NCBI GenBank assembly: GCA_965649765.1
Contig: OZ287756.1
Span: 21,452,001-21,516,000, forward strand
Direction: 5' to 3'
From: Bispira polyomma
Taxonomy: Eukaryota
Length of the DNA stretch: 64,000 nucleotides
The notes below the pieces were generated by a model that was given only the letters and a program-made list of their open reading frames with translations, did no database searches and had not been told where the DNA came from. Shown here piece by piece: positions 25,014-36,860 of the stretch; the first letter of the stretch is position 1; each line of letters begins with the position of its first letter. Position numbers and translations under genes: made by a program.

Positions 25014-25264
25014 CTGAATTTGAATTTGAATTGAGATATTTAATGTCCACATTAGTACCTGTTTAGGTTATATTGGGACGGGTAATTGGAAATGCTGGAA
25101 GAAACATTGCATAAAGTTGATCAAGGTTATGCACTGAAACCAGCAGCCCACAGTAAGGAACTACCACCTTTCCCACATGGGCATCGACGGGAGTCAACCC
25201 AGAGGTGAGAGACCAGTGATTGTGAAGCGCAATGCTTGCTAACCACTAGGCCACCTCGGCCGCT
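25014..25264 (-). mobile_element. tRNA-derived SINE inserted in the LINE
   Basis: A-box TGGCCTAGTGG head, (ATTCAA)n tail, 9-bp TSD atgaaagca at 25005-25013 and 25265-25273; related copy at 44183-44343. Confidence 0.85.
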
Positions 25265-27937
25265 ATGAAAGCAATAAAGCGGTTAAGTACACTATTTAAT
25301 ACTTTCAAGTACAGAGCAAGGTTGCTAGGTAAGAAGATAACATTGTTAGAGAAGCTATGGTTGAGCATACTCAAACCGAAAATGTTGTATGGACAAGAAG
25401 TAATAGCATATGATAAAGAATGGATGAATAGGATGGAATTGCTACAGCATAAGATAGGATGATACATATTGGGTGTGCATACAGGGGTGTCAGCAGCAGG
25501 AGTGAAGGCAGAACTGGGATGGGGATCCATTAAACAGGATATTTTTAAAGCAAAGTTAAACATGTTTGGTAGAATAGAACAAACAGACAGAAACAAATGG
25601 ACGAATAAAATAATGCATTTCTTGATTCTCAATGGAATAAAGACTCCTTGGTTGCAACAGGTTGGTCCAGCTCTTGGAAAAATAAATTATCAGGAGATTT
25701 TTTTGCTATCATGGCAGCAAGATCTAAAAAGCAGCGAGGAAGTGGGGAGGAGAAAAAAATTCAATGTAATGAAGTTATTCAGCACCACCATGAGATTGTA
25801 TCCTTAAAGTAATTGGCACATTAGATCATGGAATGTTGATGGAACTAAGGAAGGGAAAAGTTTTACCCACTTAAAATTGGGAGATATTGGGAAATGGACA
25901 AAGGAGGGTAAGCAATGCCCAGCATGTGACATGATCACACTGTCTATAATATAACATGTTTTTCTAGAATGTGAAGCAGGACGACAGAAATCATAAGCAT
26001 GGGATAGATCTGCAGGTGCAGCGTTAACATCAATAAAGGATGTCCAGAAGTTTTTGCAACAGGTGAACTAGAAGTCTATTTTCCAAATATCCAGGACTAT
26101 GTGTAACTGGTATAAACTGTCTTTAAATGAAGGAGTAAAATGGACAGGGAATGATAACTGAAAACAGAAGCCCAACATAAAAAGAAATCATCGTTGCTAT
26201 GACAAATGAAAGAAAAAGGTGATAAAGGGATTGTGAGTATTGGATGATTAATGGATCAATGGATGAAGGATTTTGGAAGCTGTGGTAATAATGGAGCAGG
26301 ACACAATCTGTGATTGGAGTCCACCTTCCTACGGAGGAAGCATTATATACCTATAGAAGGCATATAGACCTAAAACTAAACTAAACAAAACTAAACTTAG
26401 AAATTTAATTTTGTCTTTTGTTTGTGATTGCCCTGGCTGTTAGTATGGCTGTTTGGTCTGTTTTAGGAAGAGTGATGTGTTTGTTGATGTAAAGAGCTGT
26501 GTGTAGGTTAGTTAATCACTAGCTAGGATGGTAGATGGTTAATCCAATTAATAAGTGACTGGTTTGAAATAGCTTAATGGTATGATTATAGTAACCATTT
26601 GTTATATATTTTTATTATCCTTTTCAGTTTCTTATACCAAGTTAGTGTTGCTCAGTTATAACAGTGTAGTGATATTGTGTCATTGTTTACAGTAATTCTG
26701 GAAATGGTTTATTTTGTTTTTTATGTAATATTAAATAGAGCTGTTTAACTGTGATACATTAAACTAAGCTGTGATCTACTTTCCCAGTTATTTATTGTTG
26801 GATCAGTTGAATAGTTTGTAGTTGTCAGTTTAAGTGTATATAATATATCCTATTTGATTGCCTTGTTCTGAGACAAACCTCATTGTTGTAGGTGCTTTTG
26901 TGTATGGTGTGTCCACCCAACTGTGTAATGCTCCTGTGAGTAAGTGGTGACCGCCGGACTGGAATGTTAGACAACAATAAAGTTTTTTAGTCAAGCCATA
27001 CTGGTCTTACTCAAGAAGTTGCATCCCCTGGTTAAGTACGATCCATTTATAACATCAGAAGGACCCGGCAACACTGACATTATATTTTATTCAATTATCC
27101 ACATTGAGCCAGTGCAAACTTTGTCAATGACTTTGCAAATAATACTTTGGATGGACAGTAGCCTTTGTAGTTTGCCTTTCTTTAAGTCTTGGAATCGAGA
27201 GTTACAATATTAAAGGCAGCTACTGATCAAAGCATTTGCAATTATCACTGCTCTTTCATACTACAGGTGTATAAAAATACACTTTTATAAAATGTAAACT
27301 GATCACATTACATGGTTATTTTTCCCTACAGCTTACCTAAATTGTTAGTTGTAAAATGGAAAACCGAATTGTGCAAACAAATAGAAATGGACAAAGGGAA
27401 CTATAACCTCTCTGGCAGAGATGAACATTACGGCTTAGCAATCAAAACCAAAAATAAGAGTACACTAAATGAAAGCTATGTAATGAACTGTTTAAAGTTA
27501 TTGCTTTATGTCTTTATGTATACACAAAAGCACCTACTTTAAGCCCAAACAAAAAAAAAAATAGTTTAATTTATTATCTACTTTTTCATTTCTAAATTTC
27601 TTCCATCACTGAGAGTTATCAATTTGTTTCAATGATACACCACACCAGCTGGTATTCACAAAGAGTCTTTAATTTTTGTCTCAAGCAATTTGATTGGCTA
27701 AAATATTTTATCAAAGAATCTGATTGGCTGAGGCTAAGAAAATTCTAAGAGTTTCATTCTAAGAATGCTTGTGAATATGGCTCTAGCAGGAGAAAAGTAG
27801 TTATACATTGATAAACACTCTATTCAATATGTACATACCTCTGTCCAATATTCTACATGTTTGTACACAAAAGTTTTTCTATATTTTTGTACATGAAGTA
27901 TTTTTATACACAGAATTCTATGGACTTTTATTGTTTA

Positions 27938-28113
27938 TTAACTCCTATAAAAAAACTGAGATACAGATATGTATTTTTTAAAGATACATGTGTGTGTATT
28001 TATTGTAAAAGTGTTAGCTTAATTTGTTTAACTCCTATGAAAAAACTGAGATACAGATATGTATATTTTAAAGATACATGTGTGTGTATTTATTGTAAAA
28101 GTGTTAGCTTAAT
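27938..28113. repeat. Two-copy 90-bp tandem duplication
   Basis: actcctat...gtgttagcttaat repeated, starting at 27941 and 28031. Confidence 0.9.
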
Positions 28114-30209
28114 CAGTAACTCTTGTATCCACAAGAACAAATAAATATGTAGATACGCTGACATTTTGGTGGTGTTAATCATACCGGGAGATCAATAGTT
28201 CTGCAGAGGTGGCACTCATGTACCAATCCAATAAGTAAATATACCCAATAATTTTGTAGATCGTTTTATAACAAGAAAGGGGGGGGGGGGGGTCACATAA
28301 GTACGTCATTATGATAAATGGACTAAGCCGTTTATATGGATCCAAAGAATTCTGTCTGTATAAGAAATTGTTGCTATTATGAAATCGTGTGAGCGTGTTT
28401 TTATACACAGATATTTAATTCATGATATATATAGTGCAAATAGACATTTCATTTGCTTTTCACATGACATCTTCTATTCTTTTTGTTTTTTAAATAATCA
28501 AAGTTTTAGAATTAGAACAAAATAAGATTTGCATATTAAATGTTTTTAGCATTTCATAGAAGAGTTTACATTGTAACGTACTATTGTTTATTGTTGTTAC
28601 TAGTTTCCACATATTTTCAAAGAATGGTTCAGATAATATACTGTTCAGAACATGTTTTGGAGTTCACTTTAGGAATTTGGCCAGCCCTCCGTCATTGCCC
28701 TGAGCTCTGGCTGTGCCCTCCAACGCATGTACTTAACAGTAAATATTACAACATACAATTTAATTAAATATATTATATACTTTGTAATTTGGACTTCTTT
28801 ATAAATCTAGCAATATACAACTCAACATCTGTCATAAAGGTGGTCTTTGTAGGTAATACCTTAGCTAAAACTTTATGCATGTATATTTTTACAGATAAAC
28901 CCAGAGTGTACTATACCTACCCTTGTAGATGGTGACAGCAAAGTGTGTGAAAGGTATAGATATAATGCAAACCTTTCAAACTTAGATGTAATTGACAAAC
29001 CAAAAAGAACTCGATAATGAGTAACTTTAGTATTTTTCTTCCAAACTAGGATCCCAGCTCGGCCCTGAGTTGCAGGGGGAAATTTTGGCAGCACACTTTC
29101 TAACGGCTGGTGGTTTGCAAACCAAAAATCCTTGATCAACTACCCTGCATTGATGTTCTCTATCAGTGGACTACCTGTTGGGATAGGACACAAAATGTAT
29201 TCAAAGTAATGTTAAATCCCAACCAAACTAAAAAAGCTTCCCATTAAATAGTGGCATAATTTCCAGTATTAACCAGATTTAGAGGGGGGAGCTCGAAGGT
29301 GTGGCAACACAATAGCCTTTAACCCATACTCATGGGTTGGAATCTTAGCTCTAGCATACATGTAAGAATGCTGGCAGGAGGCTTGCTGACAGATGGTGGT
29401 TTCACAGTGCAGGAAACTACTGGTTTCCGCCACCAATAACTAGTTATTGTGAAAGTTTGAAAGTATTCGTTAAAGTACTTTCCCACATTAAGATGGTATC
29501 ATTACCATATCTGGGAAAAACTTATAGGTAGTGATGTCAGAAACCAAATAACCCATTCCACTCTTAAGAGTTGCAGAAACACTGCCTTGTGTTATGCTTT
29601 CAATCATGATAAAATTACTATATATCGTGGTTTGGTATTCCTTAATTCAACTTATCTTTAGATTTGCCGAGTATGTAACTTAGGTAGTGTTGACTACTTA
29701 TCTTGGTTAACTGATGTGATTTCAAGAGTAACCAACTTTAAGAAGAGTCATATGACAAACAAAATGCAGGTAGAACATTTGATATAGATAGGTACATGTA
29801 GATAGGTTACCTTCTGTGATGATACAGAATTGTAATTTGTTTGAAAATGCCTTAAATACATATTAAGCAAAATATTTTGTACTATATATCCTCAGAGCAT
29901 CTATGTTGTATTATTTTCCAAAAACTAACAATATCTACTGATAAATTGTCATATTAATTTTAGGCCGTTAATTATGTTGCACCATATTAGTACTTGCAGT
30001 AATGTCAGTGCATCGACAATTCTCTACAAACTATTACAGCCGCCCCATGATGCAGCATTTAGTGGACAAATACAACCCTGGACATAAAATATACCAAGAA
30101 GAGATAGAAATACGTACACTGGTAGACAAGTACCTTGCTATGGATGAAGCCTTGGGAAGCAGCTCCATTGCAATGAAACTGCTACACACTTCTCCATCTT
30201 AGATAACAC

Positions 30210-30485
30210 CAGGGGCGTAGCTAGCATTAACGCCAGTACGCCCAGGCGTACCAATTTAAAGAAAAAATTTTAAAAAAATAAAAATTCTTTTTATTCTGTT
30301 TGTTTTAGTAGTAACATAGATTGCTACTCCTCAAGTAAAACAAAATATATATTTTTTAATATGTTGATTATGTTGATGTCTCCCCTCCCCACGAATGGAA
30401 TTTTTGGTAGGACAAAAACGAACCTAATATATTGGTTTAATTTTAATGTGGGAGTACCAGATGAAAAATCCTGGCTACTCCCCTG
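30210..30485. mobile_element. MITE with CAGGGG TIRs and 5-bp TSD
   Basis: CAGGGGCGTAGC...GCTACTCCCCTG with AACAC on both sides; shorter inverted relative at about 40972-41132. Confidence 0.75.
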
Positions 30486-31171
30486 AACACAATTGCACAG
30501 TTTCTAACTTAATGTAGATTCACACTGAATCTGGGATCCGGATCAATATACTTATCTGAAAACGGATATTGTTTGTTTCAGTTTACACTCAAATTTGACA
30601 CAGAATGTTAGAAAAAATGGGGGTTTTGTTACATTTTTCACTTTGTGTGTTATATCTAAAGAAATAGCTAAATCAAGTGAGAAAATACACTACGAAAGTT
30701 TATATTCTTCCTATTGGGAGATACTAAATTATATATTTTTTGCCACATTGCAAGTACTTGGTAAGGATTCATCTTTTGTGTGAAAGCTTACACTGTTTTA
30801 TTTGTGTCATAATTATACAGATCCACAATCCGGATCTGGATCCAGCCTGTGTGAATAGACCTTTACTGTATTACACCCACTATATAGAGTCTTTTACCAG
30901 TAATATTGCTTCAGTTGTATATTTTTGTGCCATATGTTTGATCTAAATTTCTCCAACCCTATTTCCACATACTTATCTGCCATGTCACTTTACCATAAGT
31001 TAACTGAAGTGACTGATCCCATATAATTTTCATGGTTACCAAAATAATGTGTGGCATTTCAGGGGAACACGCATGCAGTGACTCACAGCTCCGGTCCATA
31101 ATAATCTTTTCCACCAACTGGTTTCTACAACACTGCATATGCACCTTTTGATGAAAGCTATGTTTCTCTTA

Positions 31172-32663
31172 TACCCCTGTTCCACTTAGCCAATCATAGC
31201 TTCCGACCGACCAAATCTAAGGATCGGGAGCCACTAGGGGGTTCAATTGGGAGGATCAAGAGTTGCTTCCGAGTTATCTTTACCTAATCGGGTACTCAGG
31301 AAAAGAGGCCTTCAACCTGGTCAGCAACTTATAGGAACAGGCTAAACAGGAAACTGGATTCAGCCATTTTCAGCAACAACCACAACTGTATCAAACATTA
31401 CAACAGCTGAGTACCTCCTATGGCATGGGGCCACCTACTTTTGTCCCAAAGCAGCAACAGCAACCACAACAGTATGTGAAGTACATCAATTAACCATCAA
31501 TCAAACCACAGATGCCACGGCCTCCTAACCCATCACCAATCAAGACAGTTCAACGATCACCAACACCAAGTGGAAGTGTTGTTAGTATATCTAGCATAAC
31601 TGGGACTATTCTGGCATTATACAACCCTGGGTCAGTCAAGTTAATGGTTATAAATATGGGCATAGTCCTAGCGGATATAAGCTACCAGAAAATAGACAGG
31701 CCTTCACATTTTGTGCATCAGAACACAGACACAACCACCACAGCCTCCTCCTCAGCCACCAGAGCCTCCTGTAGTTGACCCTCCTAGTAGAAATATTTTA
31801 AATACATGCCCCCTTAAATGGAAGTCAGTACATGTATTTATAATATTTCTACTTGGAGTGGCTATTATTTATCAGAGTTGTATTTGAAGGGCAATAAAAA
31901 ATAATTTTTTTTTTGTGGGGCTAGTTTGCTTCTTGTGAGGGTTCTGTTCATTTAACAAACAGCTCAGATAATGTTTTGGGAACATTAAAGTGGCCCTAAA
32001 AAGGGCTGATTGGTTTTTCTTGCAGCTCAGCTTCATATTCTGTCGCTCTGCCACGGCACTGCCTCGTCATTGAGAACGTACCCCATTAGTAGCTCCCTCT
32101 GCTCTTTCACTGTCCTGCTTGGATTTCTGTGGTTAGGAAGTTGGTGGTCTCATTCCAGTGCCTCCTGTGCGATGGGTGGGTCTCTATTCTCTTTGTAGAA
32201 CCATCTTGACAATTCAATCTGTATGGATTTGAGTTGATCAACCTATATATAGGGTTTATAGGTGACAATTTCAATCTTGGGCATTTTGAGGTTTCTGCTG
32301 ACGTTAATTACCACGATTTCTCGGAGTAATCCGGGTGCCTCCTCGAGTTATCGGGAACCACACCGAGTGGATCGGGTGGCCTTCCTGAGTTATCTTAATG
32401 ATCGTGACCAGTACCGATTTATCACCCCCGAATCGGAGAGCTCAGGGCAGCCATTTGTGCATTGGGAGGTTAAATTGGGCCAATTGTTAAGATCTATCGG
32501 GGGCCCTCCCCTCGACTTATCATCCCACTCGGGAGTCTTCACAATTATAATTATGTGATGGAGATTTACCAACGCTTTTCTTCAAAAATCGGGAGCAAAT
32601 GCTGCCGTGCCCCCGATAGCATCATCAGGAGACCCGATCAATCGGCTAAGTGGAACAGCCCCA
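31172..32663. mobile_element. Non-autonomous PIF/Harbinger-like DNA transposon
   Basis: TIR core CTGTTCCACTTAGCC at both ends, TTA at 31169-31171 and 32664-32666, no transposase ORF. Confidence 0.7.
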
Positions 32664-33902
32664 TTATGTTATCATGCACTGTTTAGAATATGTGCACTTA
32701 GTGTCAAACAATTTACACTTTAAACGGAGAAGTAGAAAAAACAAACAAACACCAATTACAATTTGAACAGAAGGAAACACCTTATGACAAAACATTATTA
32801 TTATTCTGTTCAGACACAGGAGATCATTTCATTTATCTCAGCCAAAGTTAGCATAACTGGCATAACACAGTCTATTTATACATAAACTTGAACTACTATC
32901 ATTTAATGCTAAGAACAAACAAGTTGAGATACAAATATTATCACTTTTTATAACACTCTGTATAAATAAAAAAAAATGTCTAAATGTCTATTTGACTGAA
33001 CATTGACAGGGAAGTCTTTATATATCAGCGGTAACAATGCAGAGTGAGTATTGAAATATAACTTCAATATTTTTCTGACACATTTATGCACTGATTATAA
33101 AAGTTATTTGTCCTATCTGAAGAGGTATCCCGCAGCACAGAGAAATCCAAATTCCCAAGCTCATAAAGTTTGTCACGTGAGAGGCTAACTTAAACAAATA
33201 CTTCTCATGAATGTGCATGGTGTTAGTTATAGTTCTCAATGTCTTTTGAAATTTGTTCCTGGTGCAATTCTTTTTATAGGTTGGTACCGAAGTACCCTGT
33301 TCTTGGATTTGAACTTAAATTTATTTGGGTTTTACCTCGCTGTAAACAGCTTAGGTCATATCATGACAGCCAGATTTAATGGTAAAAGAAACAAGTACCT
33401 AAGCTCTGTTAATCACCGAGTCACGGCAAGTATCTAGCAAAATTGCCCACATGAATGAACGAAGAGGATTCTAACCCACATTGGTGAGAGACCAGTGAAT
33501 GTAAAGCAGACGTTTTTACCCACTATACTGCTTCCTACTGTTCTAGGATTAATGTTAACGTTAATGTTTACTTTCTGAAACAAATATGACCCAAGAAAAA
33601 TGAAAAAAAAAATAATGTTGTGAACAAAGTACAGCCAATTTAGATTGATACAACTAAAATATTGACTTTTGTAAACCATAATTCACAATCTGTATATGGT
33701 AATAATAATGAAAGTGGTGTTTCTATCCTGTTCGCTTAAGAATATTGGGTACTTTGTTACAAAATTATTATATTTTAAATTTGAGTGTAAAAATGCTAAC
33801 GTAGTACACACAAGGACTTTGAATACCCATTGATATTACTATAGTCTCAGTGTATATCCTGTCCAAACAACTCTGTTGATAACCACTGTTAGTTATTGCT
33901 TC

Positions 33903-34391
33903 TCATTGTTGGAAAGACCAAACATCTGGCCTGGGGAATAAGGTAAACAGAGGAATGATAACTCCACAGAGATACATCAGGAAAAAGATCCGGTCACAGA
34001 CACGGCTGATGTTCTTCCACTCCAAAGCAACCTCCTTGGATTCACGGGTTTCTTCCTTTTTCTTGTTGGCCATCTCATTTATTCGAATGAGTAACTGTTT
34101 TACCTCATTGATGCTGCAATGCAAGGACTTGAGGGTGCAGTTATTAATATTTACAAAAGCCTCGGTTTTACAGTCACATGACCCACATCCGTCCATTTCA
34201 TTGGATGTCGGGGTGTGATGATCTTCACCTGTGGTTGGACTCTGGTTCAATAAAGATGAAGATTCCTCTTTGTGGTTAGATGTGCATGTGACTCCCGGTT
34301 TTCCTTTGCTTCTGGTTTGCTTATGCACTGATGAGCAGTACATGTTGTCCTCAAAAATGCATAACAGCTTTGCAAGGATACGAAGGAATAT
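33903..34391 (-). CDS. Cys-loop (nAChR-like) subunit, last exon: intracellular loop, MA helix, M4
   Basis: EWKNISRVCDRIFF...; acceptor aaacag|ATA, phase 0. Confidence 0.9.
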   Translation of the reverse strand: MFLRILAKLLCIFEDNMYCSSVHKQTRSKGKPGVTCTSNHKEESSSLLNQSPTTGEDHHTPTSNEMDGCGSCDCKTEAFVNINNCTLKSLHCSINEVKQLLIRINEMANKKKEETRESKEVALEWKNISRVCDRIFFLMYLCGVIIPLFTLFPRPDVWSFQQ

Positions 34392-34813
34392 CTGTTTGCA
34401 CAAAGAAAATATTGATTCAGCACATACTTTGGTGTGACCAAGGGTGCACTGTTATTCAAGTTATAATTATTCTAAACATGTCTAAGCTAATTATATATAC
34501 ATATTTCAAGAATTTTTAAGTATTTTATTTGATAAAAGTACATTTATGTGATTGTACTTTCAACTGCATTTGGCATTTAAAATACATCAATATATTTTTG
34601 GGATGAATTGACTTAATGATAGCCTGATGACATATAAGTGTTATAGTTATTCTCACAAAAGTTTACAATATAGAATATCTATGTCTAGGAATCCCAATTT
34701 AAATGCAATTCCAAGTCCACTGCATTCCAAGCACTTTACATATAGTAAAAAATGATGTATTCAATATGTGTTAGTTTGACGTTTAAATGACTTAAATGTT
34801 TACCATCTCTTAC

Positions 34814-34932
34814 AATTTTTATTAACTTGGGTGCGCTCCTCTTTTTCTCACTCAGTTTGTTGATGTTGACCACCAGTGATGACAAAAATATGGACACCAT
34901 AATGAGTACCATGTTGAAACAGTAGTAGAGAC
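34814..34932 (-). CDS. nAChR-like exon: M3 (GLYYCFNMVLIMVSIFLSSLVVNI...)
   Basis: ttttag|GT ... ATT|gtaaga; phases 1 to 0 match neighbours. Confidence 0.9.
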
Positions 34933-35120
34933 CTAAAACAGTGTCATATTGAAACTAGTAAATACCTAAAACAGTGCCATATTAAAATAGTATTGTAAAA
35001 CTAAAACATACAGTGTCATATTAAAAGAGTAGTAAATAGCTAAAACAGTGTCATATTGAAACACTAAAAGAGACCTACAACATACAGTGTCATATTGAAA
35101 CAGTAGTAAAGACCTAAAAC
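34911..35120. repeat. Minisatellite (about 33-39 bp, about 6 units) built from the M3-exon splice acceptor
   Basis: Unit agtagtagagacctaaaacagtgtcatattgaaac repeated; the first unit overlaps the exon boundary at 34932/34933. Confidence 0.8.
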
Positions 35121-35509
35121 CTGGATTTGCATATTGAAATAACAAAGAGTAACAAAGAAGATAAAATAAAATTTTGGATAAGATTAAACAAATATAACAT
35201 ATGAATAAACAATTGAAAAATAATAAAGCACGCTTTGAATATTAGATGTATTTGGGCTTCACCAGGTTATGTATATTTGAAAGTTCTTTGAATTCTATTA
35301 AACTACGGTAGATCTTACATTTTTTAAATTTTCAAATTGGGATTGTATTTACAAATGGGCTTAGTCTAGACATTGTTCTAAACCTAGCACAAAGGTGTGC
35401 TAGATCTAAGAAAAAGTAACGGCTTAGCCATTTTGTGAACACAGCCCCCGGGTCAAATATTAATACAATTATTTTAAGAGTAATTCAACTCTCAGTAATC
35501 TATACAGAC

Positions 35510-35596
35510 CTAACTTTGGCACGGATGAGGCTGTAGGTGGAGCTGCCTCAACTAGGATCAATAACAGGAGGAGAAAGCTGGAGAAAAGACTCATGG
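35510..35596 (-). CDS. nAChR-like exon: M2 (AMSLFSSFLLLLLILVEAAPPTASSVPKL)
   Basis: ttttcag|CC ... G|gtctgt; 87 nt, phase 1-1. Confidence 0.88.
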
Positions 35597-35870
35597 CTGA
35601 AAACAATGGGATTTACAAGTACTGCAGCCTCTATTATCCAAACATGTTGGAAGAACAGGGGTGGTATTTACAAACAGGCTAAGCCCAGACTTCGTCTTAG
35701 ATCTTGTATGCTTTTGTGCTGGATTTAGGACAATGTTTAGACCTAGCCTTTTGTAAATAGCGCCTCAGGAGTTTGTTAGGATAATAGACATTTTCTAAAA
35801 TAGAACAGGCATTTGTTTGTAAAGCAATAAGAAAACATTGCTTTGAGAGTGTGGAAATCAGTTCATAAAG

Positions 35871-36190
35871 TGGTCTCTGTGGCCTAGCGGTTAGAGTATC
35901 AGACTTTGGATCTAGGTGATCTCACAGCCCTAGTTCGATCCAGGCTGCAGGGCTCGACATGGTACCCTTGGACAAGGTAATGTACACAAAAGTTGGGCAT
36001 TCTCTATGTGTATAACTGGGTACCTAGCTGCTAATGTGTGTTAGTCTTTGTGCGCTGTATGTGGCAGCATGGCTAGTATGCTTCCTGCGGGTGAACTATT
36101 GGTTGACAAGTGGAAGAGTCTAGGCTAAGGGGGGGATGGGGGGGGGGGGGGGGTAAACTGTAAAGTCGGCTAAGACCTTAATAGAGGTAA
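35871..36190 (+). mobile_element. tRNA-derived SINE
   Basis: A-box TGGCCTAGCGG, B-box AGTTCGATCC, core ...gtataactgggtacc. Confidence 0.7.
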
Positions 36191-36683
36191 TATCAGACTA
36201 TAAACCTACACACATTTACAATGTTGGAATAATAGATGTTCAGATGATATAACTCTTTGGTACAGATTTGGTAAAACCCACTAAATCTAAGATATTCTTC
36301 CTTCCTTGTGCTATTTGTCCCGCACATTTTGGGCTTCAAAATCGCTGACGATCCTTTACATGATTCAAATATGTAGTCCGGAGACCAAGTTTTGTTAAAA
36401 GAAGATAACATAGCTATGGTTAAGTGTGGAGGTTCTGTTGAAGAGACAACTAACTTACAATTAATACTTTTGAGTTAGTACATTCAACATATATACTGGA
36501 CTGCAATTTAGACTACCAATGTGCCATTATAAAATTGCATAAGTTCGAAATAATAAGAAATGCATCATTTTAATAAGCATACTGAAGCTGTCACTAAAGA
36601 ATAAATACTATGTATATTTTAGCCAAAACAAACAGACAGTACTATTTTTGCATACTTTACCAAAGTTGTTTTTAAACACCTAC

Positions 36684-36860
36684 CCAAACCAGTTCTATCC
36701 GGTCTTTCTGGTGGTAAAATAAACACTACTAAGGTTAAGGTCGCCAGGAAGATACAGGGCAGGGTCAAGATATAGCTAGTAAACGCGAGTTTACGTCGAA
36801 CCCGGAGTTCAAAACTGAGTGCAGTGAATCCTCCTGGTGGCTGTTCTATGGTCTCAGTCA
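36684..36860 (-). CDS. nAChR-like exon: loop C, M1, M1-M2 linker (...RRKLAF...LPC...LPPERPDRTGL)
   Basis: tttcag|TG ... G|gtaggt; 177 nt, phase 1-1. Confidence 0.92.

Larger units (their letters stand above)
21790..26398 (+). mobile_element. Non-LTR retrotransposon (RTE/CR1-like), near full length but degraded
   Basis: YANVQG, GGGIAIW, IGDFNGH, IDYV, SDHS endonuclease; KAIGLDGIP, FIDLRKAYD, QGCVLS, LLFADDL RT; (TAAAC)n tail at 26370-26397. The 5' boundary is approximate. Confidence 0.85.

Noticed and set aside
26922-27054. Solo LTR (TG...AATAAA...CA)
   Set aside because: No TSD and no second copy in the window.
34911-35120. CRISPR-like array
   Set aside because: The context is eukaryotic, the units are degenerate tandem repeats without unique spacers, and there are no cas genes.
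35871-35960. tRNA gene
   Set aside because: It has A/B boxes but continues into a SINE body with no convincing cloverleaf or terminator. The same applies to the other tRNA-like heads.
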